Assembly (NCBI GenBank): GCA_016748015.1
Contig: JAAOMT010000762.1
Coordinates: forward strand, 186,001 to 250,000
DNA from: Geosiphon pyriformis uo1
Lineage: Eukaryota > Fungi > Glomeromycota
Length of the DNA: 64,000 nt
Reading direction: 5' to 3'
This document shows, piece by piece, positions 26,902 through 38,893 of this stretch (position 1 is its first letter; each line of letters begins with the position of its first letter). The notes below the pieces were generated by a model. The model had not been told where the DNA came from. It did no database searches and saw nothing but the letters and a program-made list of their open reading frames with translations. The position numbers and the translations under genes were made by a program.

Positions 26902-28193
26902 GTAGTGGCACAGATTCAGAGGTTATGAATGGAAACAGTACTACTAATAACAATAATAGCTATCAGGATACTGGTGATAATATTGATCCAGAGGCACATC
27001 TTCTCTCAAGATTGGCCTCCATTGCGGCTGCTGCTACTGCTGCATCTCTTTTCGCAAGTCAGGAAAATACTGTAATTGAAGCCGAACCTGTAGCGAACGA
27101 AGGACAAGATGGCAGTTTTGAAAGTTTTCTGGCTGCTCTTCAAAGACGGCGACGTGAAGCTTCTACTCGTGTTCCTGATCTATCACCATCAGTTTCTTCA
27201 GCAAATGAACAATCCCTAAATGATGCAACTGGGTCCCAATCAACACCGCCCGTCTCGTTTCTCCGCTTGTTTCGGTTTGGTGGCTCCCGAAGTCCAGGCG
27301 CTACAACACTTGATTCAAACTCAGAAAATTCTTCCAACTTAGGCTCTGTCCCAACATCAAATACAACCAGTTCAGAAAACGCTAGTAATGGATCTGGTAA
27401 TATTACACCACAAATGGTTCCAGTAATTATAATTGGAATTAGAAGCGTCACTCCTAGAGATGATCATGTTGCTGTTAATCCTACAAACCCAATTTCTACA
27501 GCTCATCAGCCAAGAGAGGGCAATAATATTCCTTCAAATTCAAGAAACCCATCATCTTCCACCAGAACTACTAGAAACCGCTCTTCTTCCACTTCGAGTC
27601 GTACCTCAACTCGTTCTAATCGCTCAACTAGTTCCACGGGCACCCAAACTTCCCCAGCCCGTTCTTGGATAATTTATGTTCTTGGTGCCACATGGCCCTC
27701 AACCCATCCTTTACTTGCTACCCCCTATTTGTTCACAGATAATCCCTCATATGAGGATATGATTATGCTCTCCAATCTGATCGGTCCAGCAAGGCCCCCA
27801 ACCACTACTCAAACCGACATTGATTCTGCTTATCCAATACTGAGATATGACGAAAGCATTCCGGGTGTGTTTGGCTATGAGCTTTTAGGGAATGCTGAAA
27901 AATGTCAAGTGTGTTTGAGTGACTTTTCTACCGACGAAGAAATGAGAGTTTTGAATTGTCGTCATGGCTTTCATCGGGAGTGCATTGATAAGGTAAACAG
28001 GAAATTTATTTTTTCAAACTTCTGTATAATTTTCTTCGTTAAATGCTTATTAATTTGTCTTGAATTTTAGTGGCTTACTGAAGGATCCAACAAATGCCCA
28101 ATTTGTAGAGGCGAAGCTGTGGTTTCCAACAACAGAGAAGATGCCTCCATTCCTACCTCCTCCCCTTTGGGATCTCTTCCGCCTTTCTTTTAG
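25980..28193 (+). CDS. RING-H2 E3 ubiquitin ligase with long Ser/Arg/Asn-rich disordered N-terminus. Exons 25980-27992, 28071-28193 (711 aa)
   Basis: Splicing GT(27993)-AG(28070) completes CQVC..[25 protein letters not shown]; upstream block SWIIYVLG..HP..LFTDNPSYEDM; MGQGSS start. Confidence 0.93.
26811..26900 (+). repeat. Compound coding microsatellite (GGT)n(AGT)n(AAT)n
   Basis: Directly visible; encodes poly-Gly, poly-Ser and poly-Asn in the RING gene. Confidence 0.97.
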
Positions 28194-29757
28194 AAAGGAA
28201 GATGATGTATAATTGCTGTGCTTTTATGGATTGGATTACATTGTTCCTAAAAATTGAATATTTCATCATTGAATAAATTTTTTGTCATTGACACCAATCT
28301 TCTTATCATTGACCCCAATCTTTTTATCATCATCAATTTGGTCCTTAAAGATTTTGATCTATTTCATACACTATGTGCTCCCTAGCTTCCTTATTCCACT
28401 TGCACAAATTAGTTTTTCCGAAAAAAAAAAGATGTGTTTTTCCATATTTCCGTGGGTTTTTGATATTAGGGTTATTTGGCAAGGCATGGACTTTAATATA
28501 GCAATAATTAAAAAAGGTCATTATCCCCAAATTCTCGGATCCTTTGAGACTTTATCCACTTTCAATTCGAGATAATAATCACCGCGAACAATTCCTCTAT
28601 ATGTATACATATAACGCAAACACCTCTAATTAAGAAAAAACAAATGATCAGATTGTTGTACAATTATTGGGAGATTTTATAATATTTGTAATAAGGTCAA
28701 ACCTTATTAGTCAACACCCAATAAAAAATTACAAAGCTAAAAGTTGCATAATTATTTAAATTTAGTTGCATACATATTGTAAATATCCAATACAAATACC
28801 ATTTTGTTTCAAATTATAAAAAATTTAAATTAAACTTTTTTAATTTTAAAAACAAGAAGTAATTAAAAAAAAATTAAATTAAATATTGCAAATTCAAAAC
28901 AACTTTTAATTATTTTAAAGTTTTATTCAACATATTAAATGCAATTTTAATGTTATTACAATTGTTATTGAAAATTTTAATACTTTAATAATAAATTAAT
29001 TATTTTTTAATTATTTTTATTATTAATTTCTAATAGCTAAAATACAATCTTTATTATTATTTTAATAATCTTTTTTATATAAAACATTAAGTTTGTATTT
29101 TTTAAAACTTTATCTGTTTTTTAAAAAAATTAAAATTTTGTTTTTTTATTTATTAATTTTTTTATTAATTCTGTTTTATTAATATTAATAATTATAGTCA
29201 ATTTTAATTTGGCTATAAATAATAACAATAATAATAATAACATATTTATTAAGTTAAGTATTTTTTAAAAATTATTTTTTGTTATAAAACAAATAAATTA
29301 TATTTTAATATATATTTTTATTTAATTATTATATAATTTTAATTAATTTTAAAAATTAAGTTTTTTTGTTTTATAATATTTAATTATTATTTACTATAAT
29401 ATAATAATATTTATATTTTAATATAAATATAACTTATGTAATTTTAATATATAATTAATTAAATAATTAATTAAAACAATATTATATATTTAATAAAACA
29501 AAAAAATTTAATCTATAATAAAAAAACAAAGAATTTGAACCAAACCCAAAATTTATAACATAATTTTTAAAAATACTTATATTTCACAAAAAATTTTTAT
29601 TGATAATATTTATCAAATTTTTTTTTTTTTTTTTTTATCATTTTACAAGTGAGATCCAAATGCTACCTAGCACTATACATCATACAAATGATCTAAACTA
29701 GGTATGAATCATGCACTTTCTACACATGACCAGTCACTTGGGCCAGTCAGGACAACA

Positions 29758-32700
29758 CTACACACCTATATGCACAGAGACTGTGTCCCCAATACCCGAA
29801 AAGAACAAACAAAGCTTATGAAACCCAAAACTAACTCCAAAAGCTTTAGCCACATCCAACAACCTAATCACACCAGCCAAAAACACTGAAAACAAACTGA
29901 AAATTGACACGGGAATGGACCCATCACGTGGAATCAAACCACGCCTCTTCATAAATGCCCAGTATTTGGCACAGACCAACCAGATATCATCCCAAAATGC
30001 AAGATAAAACTCATGTACAAAGCTCACAATCCTTTTAGTACCTTCCTTAGAATCTTTAAAAACTGAGACAAACTTATGAAACCAGTTATCAAAAACAAAG
30101 CTCTTACACAAAACAACACCAATTCTAACTTTAGAAATACAAGAAGCCAACATCTGCAAGACACATGAAGAAAAGCGAAATAGACCAGAAAGAGCCTCCC
30201 AAGCTGAAACATGAGCATCCAACAAACGAGCATAGTCAGTGGCATCATGAGGACACGGAAAGATGTGATCTGAGATCTCAACATCACCACAGAACAGACA
30301 GATCACACTGGGGTATCTCCTATCATATAAGCGCTTGCGCACAGCAACAGGAAGCTAAAAATGAAGAGCCTTCATAAAGTAAGTATGACAGCTTACCATG
30401 CGCATGCTGGTAAAACTGGAGGCTAAATAAAAATCAGTGTGCCACACCAAAGAAGACTTAAACCAATTGATATTAGCACGCAAACTAGCAGCCACAACGC
30501 AAGAACCAACTCCAACCTCCCAACAAGCACGATTAACTGATCGGAAAACATCATGAACAAAGTGTCTAGAATTATCAAAAACTGCTGCACCACCAGCACA
30601 CAGAAAATGTTTACTAACTAAATGAGGCAGATGCCAAGCAGATAGAGCAGCGTTTTTGGCAAGTGCATCAGCATGCTTATTGCCTGAGACACCTAAATGA
30701 CCTTTTACCTTAACCCAATTCACATCCAAATTTTTTTGATGAATGATGGTAGCAATGTGGCGATGCTCAATCCAACAGCAGTTCCTCAAATCTGGATGAA
30801 TCAACAAAGACTCCAACCTGCATACATCCAAAGTGGCCTGGCTATCCAAGAACAAGTCAATTAAATGAGAAGAAGGAACACACTCAAGGGCCAAAGCTAT
30901 GGCTTGCAGCTCCGTCATAGTAGAAGAAACCAAACCAGACACCCCAACACCCAAGCCCAAATCAATGTCCTCAAAAAAAACGGCAGCATCTGCCTTCATG
31001 TCAATAGTGTCCAGACTAAAAAGAGATTTATCTGTATACACAGAAAGGCGGGCAGCATCAACGGTCAGCAGAGTGTCACAAACTACACCAAAATCATAAA
31101 AAAGACAAACATCTGACACAGCATAACCATCCAACAAAGATGAACTCGAGGAGAGGAGAACAACACCACCAAGAAAGCAAATGGAGAGATCAAACCAGAA
31201 AGAGATTGGGCCACAAAGGTCCAGCCTCTTTCAACACTTGAATGTCCCCCAGCTGAAAACATTACCATCTCTGCCACAAAACTGTTCTACAAAAGCAATA
31301 CCATAATGCCTGAGCAAAGAGACACACTTGAAAAAACAGGGTTCACTAAGAACCAAAGACATAGGCATACCGCACCAATGGCAAAAAGCACAAGCCAGAG
31401 AGCCACCCAAAGACAAATCACACCTAGAAAAAATACGAACCACACCAGCTAAAAAATTGTTTGAGGGATTGACACCAATATGAGATGGAAATAGCAAAGG
31501 ATGACGCGGGCGCCAGCTGAGAACTTGAAGGTCATGAGACTATGAGAAAAAAAGTGACCCAAAATACCAACAGAATTCGCAAAAGTAATAGTGGATGCCA
31601 ATTTACTCTCAGCCTAAATCTGCTTAAAAGTCTTCAGACCATACAATGAGGAGTGGTGCAGTGTATTGTTGGGGAAATTACGGGGCAACCCAGACTTAGA
31701 TTTCAAGATTCTGCGTACCAGAGCATCCTATTTGTTACAAACATTCACAGAAACGAAACTGAACTGGGTCCTATAGCTAATGATAGGAAAAAGAACCACA
31801 GACACCAAATACGCACATTGTTTATTAGAAACCGCCTTTCTCAAAACCAGATTCACAAAAAACTGCACATCCACCTGGACTTTAGCTAAACTGGGCTTTG
31901 AAAAACCCTCGGAAGATAAAAAAATGCCTAGATAATGATAAAACTCCCCTTTCTTGACAATAGAGATAGGCACACCACTGATAGTTAAATGAAGGTCCAA
32001 CACCCGGCAATTGATGGGGATGGCCACCATTTTGTTGTTATTTACAGAAATATTGTTAAACCTAAAAAACTTACTAGCAACATCAAGGATGTGTTGTGTA
32101 GCAGCCTGGCTGCTACCAACCCAAATAGTATTATCAACAAAAGCGCCGGCAGCAAGAAACAAAGACAGCCCAGCCTGAGGATCTGCCCAACCAGTTTTGG
32201 ATATAAAATGAGAATTCAACCTGTAGCCATATACACTATCCTGTCTTTTGATTTCACACAAGAGTGAATCGTAGAATATACACTAGAGAAGAGGAGAGAA
32301 AACTTCTCCTTGGTCCAGCCCATCATGAACACAATACCTATCAGTCAAGCCAAAGTCAGTCATCACTCTGTTAACATAACCATTGTGAATACCACAAAAA
32401 AATTTAATAAACTTATCACACATCTTAATTCTGACCAGACTCCTTCTAAGATGTTCCCAACCAACCGAGTTGTAAGCCTTACGCATGTTCTGTAAAACCA
32501 GCCAGAGTTCTCGGTTTTTCTTCAGAGCATCTTCAATCACTGAATCTACAGCAAAAATGGGAGACTGTGTTGATATACTCTTTAAAACCGAAAAATTGTC
32601 TCCACGAAGAACATCAAAAGCGCTGCAAGCCAAAGAAATCCTATCCGAGAGGATCTTGGAAAGAATCTTGCAGGCTGTTTCAATTAGAGCAATAGAACAA

Positions 32701-34445
32701 GTGTTCGTGAGAACTCCCTCCTATTCATATGGTTTAGGAATCATAGAAACCCAGACTTCTCTCCAAAGTTCAAAAATTGACTCACTAACTAAACATAGGT
32801 TCAAAAGCACCAAAAACATATCCAAAACTGATTTGTCACAACACTTCCACAATTCATTAAAAATACCAGAGAGACCAGCCACCTTTCCATCAGAAAGATC
32901 CTTGACGACTGCTGACATTTTATCAAAACTAATCAAACACATGACACCAGAGAAAGCACCATTAAAAACATGCTCCAGAGGCCAATATTGGCAAACCCAA
33001 TCTCCAGAGATGTCAGAAACCACCCTATACTTCCTTGTCCACCCTTCCATGATTTCATCCACCTTCAATTTGACAGAGTCAGGCTCCAAAACCAGTTTAT
33101 CTCTCACAACCAAATGATTTAAGACTACTTTGCAAAAGGGATGCTCCAAAACACTCCTAATGGTGTGACCTTTGTCTAGTTCAAAACTCTTCATCCTTTT
33201 ACTAATAGCCTGCTTGATCAAAGATTCCTCAGCACATTTGGATTCCAACAACTTAGAAGCACAGTACAACTTTCTTGCTTTGGCCAGCGTAGAATGAATG
33301 GGATCGAAACCAGAATCTGAAAGGAACAGAGATTTCACCACTGATGCACCAGAAGAATCAAGCTTATCCCATGTCTCCAACAACAAAGCAAAATCCCCAC
33401 TGGAAACCAAGCAAGAATTCTTAACCAGCTTAGACACCAGCAGCTCCAGTTTATGAAATCTAGACAAAATCTTATTAAAAACACTATTGAAACTCTTGAA
33501 TCATTTTTTTTTGAAAGTTCCATCCACTAAAAGAACCATAATTTTTCAAACAACATTCCACATCTCATCCATATCTGAAAATTTCCTAGCCATAACAAAA
33601 GCATCTGAAAACATAGAAGCATTATCGGCCATGGCATTTTTGAACTCCAACCATTTCACTTTACTGGCACATTTGATGTCAAATTTCCAATGATCCCTGT
33701 TGGCCTGTTTGCACAATGAAGATAGCTGCACATCCAATAACTCACCTATACTTACAGACACAGAAACAGCTTTATGATCAGTATCAAAAAATTCATTAAC
33801 ACCAGCTATACTGTGATCCACAACTGCATTAATCAAATTAGAGGAGATAAAAACGTAGTCAATTGTCTTGGCGACACCATGAAAATTGTACCAAGTAGGA
33901 GATTTCACAAATGAACTCCCACTCAAAGAGTTGACCAAACCCAAATCAAAACACTTATTGAAACTGGCACATTTGTGAGAATCATTCTCATTGAAATCAC
34001 CACCAAGAATGACAAAAAAAGATTTATTCATCACTTTAGCAATGAAAAAGTTAATATTACCAGCCTGAAAGAAATGAATCACCAAAGAAGCACCAGTGTA
34101 CAGCTCTAGAATTGACACAAAAAGCTTGTTCTTAAAAAGCAGCCTCACTGACAAGAGCCAACCAGGAACTTCCAAAATCTTGCACACATATCTTACCAAC
34201 AAAGAGTTCAAAATAATAGCAACACCAGATCCCATGTAACCAGAATCCAAACCAGAAGTAAAAACGCGAACGCCATTAAATCTATTAGCAATCCAAGGGT
34301 GAATCTTCCTCTTCAACTTTGTTTCAGTGACAATGGAAACCAGATTGTTTATATCTTTATGCCAATGAACAATGTCTGTCTGCTTTGCACAATTGTTCAT
34401 ATCTCTGATATTGCACGTGGCAATCTTCCAAACTAAATGAGTCAT
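29758..34445 (-). pseudogene. LINE ORF2: AP endonuclease - reverse transcriptase - RNase H - C-terminal zinc motif
   Basis: IATCNIR/VTETKL/GGDFNE/IDYVF/TDH (APE); QNMRKAYNSV, QGEVFSPLL, AFVDNT (RT); VYTDKS, ELQAI, LDSQ, KVKGH..GNKHADALAK (RNase H); CLFC..DHIFPC; several stops and one frameshift near 31550. Confidence 0.95.
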
Positions 34446-36384
34446 TAAGATAACATAATAGCTGACACACCCAAACCAGAACACAGAAGATTCAACTTAT
34501 CCAAAACCGAACCAACTGAAGCTTCTAAAGCGACCAATTTTGTTTCCAAACCACCCACCTTGGCAGTAAGAACCTTAGAACCACTAGCACTGAGGTTGAC
34601 AACAGCATCATCAGTAACAGGGGGGGTAATACTAGAAGAACTCAAAGCATTGTCCACAATCATATCCGAATCCACCTCAGAACCCAAAGCTGCAGAAACA
34701 ACAAAAGGGGAGACCAGGGAAGAAGGAGCTAAGAAACCACACCAAAGAAATTCAACCTAACCAGGATGCCAGAAACACGGTTAGCCAAAAGCTCCAAAGA
34801 GTGTTCCAAAATTGCCAAACGATTACTCAAACAGGAAACAACAAGAGGATCAGAGATCACTGAAGGAGGAACCAAACCAGAATGCAAATCATAACCAGAA
34901 GAACCAGAAAGAAACACATAAGAGGGGGTGCCACCAGCAACTTGGGCCCATATCTTACCACCAAACAAAACTGGACAAGCAATAGGAGCTGATTTCTTTT
35001 TATATATACCAGCCAGACGAATCTGATTCTGATCAGAAACTACCCTTTTCCCACGAGCACCAGAACTTCCACCCACAGAACAATCAGCATGGATATGACC
35101 TAATTGTTTGCACTTGGCACAGCTAGTCAAAACAAGACTAGCCCAATGCAAACTAACACCCTTGAAAATCGGAATGGTACTAACAGCAGCCAACTTGACA
35201 GCCTTATCATCAAAACAAACAATTGCACACCTATCGCAAATGTAAGAGACAGGATTGCGACCAATGAAATATGTCTTTCCATCATAAAATTCCAACAAAT
35301 CAGAAAGATCATGGGCCATTGTTCCGACTGGCAAAATATACAACAAAGTCTGATGTCAATCCCTGGAAACCCATGATAGTTTATCTTCAGTTGTCAAAGC
35401 CACTTGCATAGAATCCTTACTCATGAAAACTGACCACTTGGAAGTAACCATGCCAGCTATTTCAGCTAACTTAAACTCCACTAAGGCCTTTTGTCATAGA
35501 CCAACTAACTGCAATCTGATTGAAACAATCTCACCAAACTTGGAAAAAACTGATTCTACAGCCAATTTGGGAAGATCGACCGGAATTTTCTTGACCATAA
35601 TTTCCCGATTTGAATGACTGTGTACTTTTCTTAGCTCATCATTAACTAAAATCTTCTCACTGACAGCCAAACTCTTAGCCTTATTTATACTAGCTTCCGA
35701 AGTAAAAGTAGATCTGATGATCCCAGGGAACTTTGAAGGAGTGAAGGCCCCCCCAAAACCATCAACATGATAAAAATTTTTTTTGATTGAGACCAACTTA
35801 TTACCATTAGTTTTGCCAGGAACAGCTAACAAATTCACATCTAGAGCAAACAATTTCACTGGCCCAAAATTATGACTCTTGAGAACACATGATTTAGAAG
35901 AGGGCAGCTGATTGGACTCATTGATTTTAGGAGGCGGCAACACAGAATCATTGTTGTCATTATTCATAGTAGCAAATAGAGGCGCTTTAAGAGGTTGTTT
36001 CAACACATATGTCTGAATGCAAGTTCTACATGGTGTAGTCTCATCCATTTTGTCGTCTTCACCTGAATCAATATAGCTTGTCTCCTCGGCAATTAAGTTC
36101 TCCAAATTCTTGACATCTGAAAAACCACTTACACTGCCAGAAATACTACCCACTCTGCTTCCCCAAGACACTGCCAGCTTGCCATTATCACTACCCAAAT
36201 CTTCCAAACATAGAGGACCAGTGGATGACTCAATTGAAACACCAGCTACAGACTTTTTAGGCTTTTTATAAAACGCACCACAGGCATAGACTGTATCAAC
36301 ACACTTGTTTTTAGCACTCTGGCGGGTCCCCAAACCAGCCAAACCCGAACCAAAACCACCAGCAGACGAGCCCACTGGTTCCAT
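34445..36384 (-). pseudogene. LINE ORF1 (RRM-like segments plus CCHC knuckle)
   Basis: ORF pieces 35494-36423, 34729-35346, 34445-34687; ESVFSKFGEIVSIRL and CAKCKQLGHIHADC; stops and one frameshift near 34740. Confidence 0.88.
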
Positions 36385-36783
36385 CACAACAAATAAAGGT
36401 AAGTTAGAAAAAATAGTTAACAAGAACTGAGAGGAAAGGGAAAAGGAAAAGCGATTTCTTCAAAATTATCTTTTGCTTTCGTTGTGGTCAGAGGATTGAC
36501 AAGAGAAAAGATATTTAAATTTTTTCTTATTTTAAATAATAATAATAAAAAATTTTTTCTTATATTTTTATAATTATAATCAGAATAAAAAATAAAAAAG
36601 TTATAATTTTGTTATTTTTAAAACAACTAATAGTATTTTTATTAATAAAATATTTATAATTATAAAAACACTTTTTTTAAATAAAATAGTAAACCAATTT
36701 TTTGTTAATTTAAGAATATTTTTTTTATTTTTGGTTAAAAAGTTTTTTTTTAAAATTCTGTTAAAAAAGTTTATTTAAAATAG

Positions 36784-37135
36784 TATTATGGTTAAAAATT
36801 ATTATTTTTATTAATTATCACATATATTAACTATTTATATTATATAGTTAATCATTCTATTTTTAAAAAATTATTAATAATTGATTAATAATCTAATTAT
36901 TGATCTGATTATTAATTAAATTATTAATCTAATTAATGACTCAATTATTAATTTAATTAATAACTTGATTTTTAATCTAATTGTTAATTATTTTAAATAA
37001 TTATATAAGTAATATACAAATAAAAATAATAAAATTTTTTTTAAAATATCTAATTTTTTTTTAATTTACTTATTCTTTTTTTCTAAATTTCTTTAAGTAT
37101 TTAAATGTTTGTAATAAAAAATTACTTGTTTGTAT
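36784..37135 (+). repeat. Decayed partial LTR, type B
   Basis: TATTATGGTTAAAA start and eroded 12-bp repeats, colinear with 38675-39060; cut by the inverted element at 37136. Confidence 0.72.
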
Positions 37136-38674
37136 TATTATAAATTAGAATAACAAGCTAATAGATAATAAAAAAGAACAAAATTATAATGTAATAGAAT
37201 TAATCAAAAAAAATTTAATTTTAAGGAATTAATTAAATAAGTATAAATTTAATATATAAGATTAGTCTTATAAAATATTTTAGTTGCTAAGCTGTTCAAA
37301 AAATAACCAAGAAATCTGAATTAAAAAAATAATTTATACTGTTAACAAATAATAATACACTGATATAATTCTATGATTTATGTTAACACTCTTAAAATTT
37401 AATATTAGATATTAGATATACTCTTCAATTATAATTTATTTAATAATCTTTAAATATTACAATTATACAGATTAGAAAAGGATAGGTAAATGCTACCAAG
37501 TAATTTTTTATTCCAAAATGTTTAGATACTTAAAAATAAGGAATAGTAAAAGAAAAACAAATGATAAAAAAAAATTAAGTTAATAAATATTGTTTTATTT
37601 TTTTGATTTCTTATATATTTTCTTTTATCTGAAAAACTTATTGTTTATATAGTTATTGAAAGTAGTTAACAACCAGATTATTGATTTAATCAATAATTAA
37701 ATCATTAATAAGGTTAATAATCAAGTTAATAGTTAGATTATTAATTACTATCTAAAAATAAAATGGTCAATTAAATAATACTAGTGACTAATACATATGA
37801 TAACTAATAAAAATTATGAATTTTAACTATAATATTATTTTTTTTTAAGAAATTGAGCTTTGACAAAATCAAACTATTTATGGGATATTCTAACTGAAAA
37901 ATTTTGTTTAACTCAAAATTAAATAGTTTGTTAAGTTTTTTGTGAATAAAATATATAGTATCTAAAGTGAAATAAGTTTTATGTTCAAAAGACCAAATTT
38001 TTGTATAAAAGTTTTGGTTTTTCTTGCAATAATCAAAACTTTTGAAACATTTAATTATATAATGTCCAAAATTTTTATCTGTATTTCTGAAGTTATTTTT
38101 TTCAAAAGTTTTATGTTTTCTATAACTTCACCAAATTAACTATAGAATTCTAGTTGTTTTTTATATAACAAGTTTTTGTTTATAGGCAGAATTTCTTGAA
38201 TTATTTTTCCAATTGTAATAAAAAATATAAGTATTGCTACTGTTATGCTTTTCAGCAGATATTTGTCTATTTTGCTACCAATTTTTTCTTTTCTGATAGT
38301 GATTTTTTTTAGTTTAATAACAGTATATGTTCTATTATTATTAGTTATAATGATTTGTTTTTCAATAATCAAAATAATTTTTGAATAATTTTTGGTTTAA
38401 TATTTATGAAGAATATAGAAAGCATTTTGAATATTTTAATTCAGAAAATAATTGTTTATATTAATTGAAAATATCTTTGTTTTGAAAATAATATATTTAT
38501 TTATATCTGATTTTTGTTGATTATTGGACTAATATTATTACAACAGATAATTAATCAGGTTATTTGTAATATTTTTTAAGTTTCTTTGTAATATTGAGAT
38601 AGTAGTCTAAAATGATTAAAGTAATTTGGTCTGAAAATTGTTGAAATTTTAGTTCTGTAAATTTGTTAATATAT
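37136..38674 (-). mobile_element. 3' end of a type B element: accessory ORF remnants, decayed PPT and 3' LTR (37136-37834)
   Basis: LTR is the reverse complement of 38675-39435; pre-PPT motif TTTGTCAAAGCTCAATTT matches 52840-52860; 38575-38672 matches 5445-5535. Confidence 0.82.
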
Positions 38675-38764
38675 TGTTATGATTAAAACATATACTTTTT
38701 ATTAGTTATTATATATATTAGCCACAAATGTTATATAATTAGTCATCCTATTTTTAAATAGTAA

Positions 38765-38893
38765 TCATTGACCTGATCAATAACTTGACCATTGACCTAA
38801 TTATTGACTTAATCATTAACTTAATCAATGACTTGATTATTGACCTGATTATTGACCTGATTATTAACCTGACTATTGATCTGGTTATTAACC
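38765..38893 (+). repeat. 12-bp tandem array (TTATTGACCTGA consensus) in U3 of LTR type B
   Basis: About 10 degenerate units upstream of the TATATAAG box at ~38906. Confidence 0.88.

Larger units (their letters stand above)
29618..36510 (-). mobile_element. Non-LTR retrotransposon (LINE), near full length, inactivated
   Basis: 19-nt poly(T) at 29618-29636 (poly(A) tail), ORF1 plus ORF2, pyrimidine-rich 5' UTR; imperfect candidate TSD ATATTTA..AAATTTTT on both sides. Confidence 0.95.

Noticed and set aside
26683-26953. Poly-Val/Ile and poly-Leu ORFs resembling membrane peptides
   Set aside because: Alternate-frame and antisense readings of the microsatellite inside the RING gene.
27993-28070. 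C-terminus of the 696-aa ORF as called
   Set aside because: It is an intron; splicing is needed to complete the RING-H2 domain.
28284-28335. 21-bp tandem duplication and ORF 28282-28575 downstream of the RING gene
   Set aside because: Short local duplication in the 3' region; the ORF has a non-ATG start and no motif.
32485-33117. 210-aa plus-strand ORF and other antisense ORFs in the LINE
   Set aside because: Antisense to ORF2, no recognisable motifs, expected from codon bias.
38765-38893. CRISPR-like array
   Set aside because: Contiguous units without unique spacers, inside an LTR, no cas genes, eukaryotic context.
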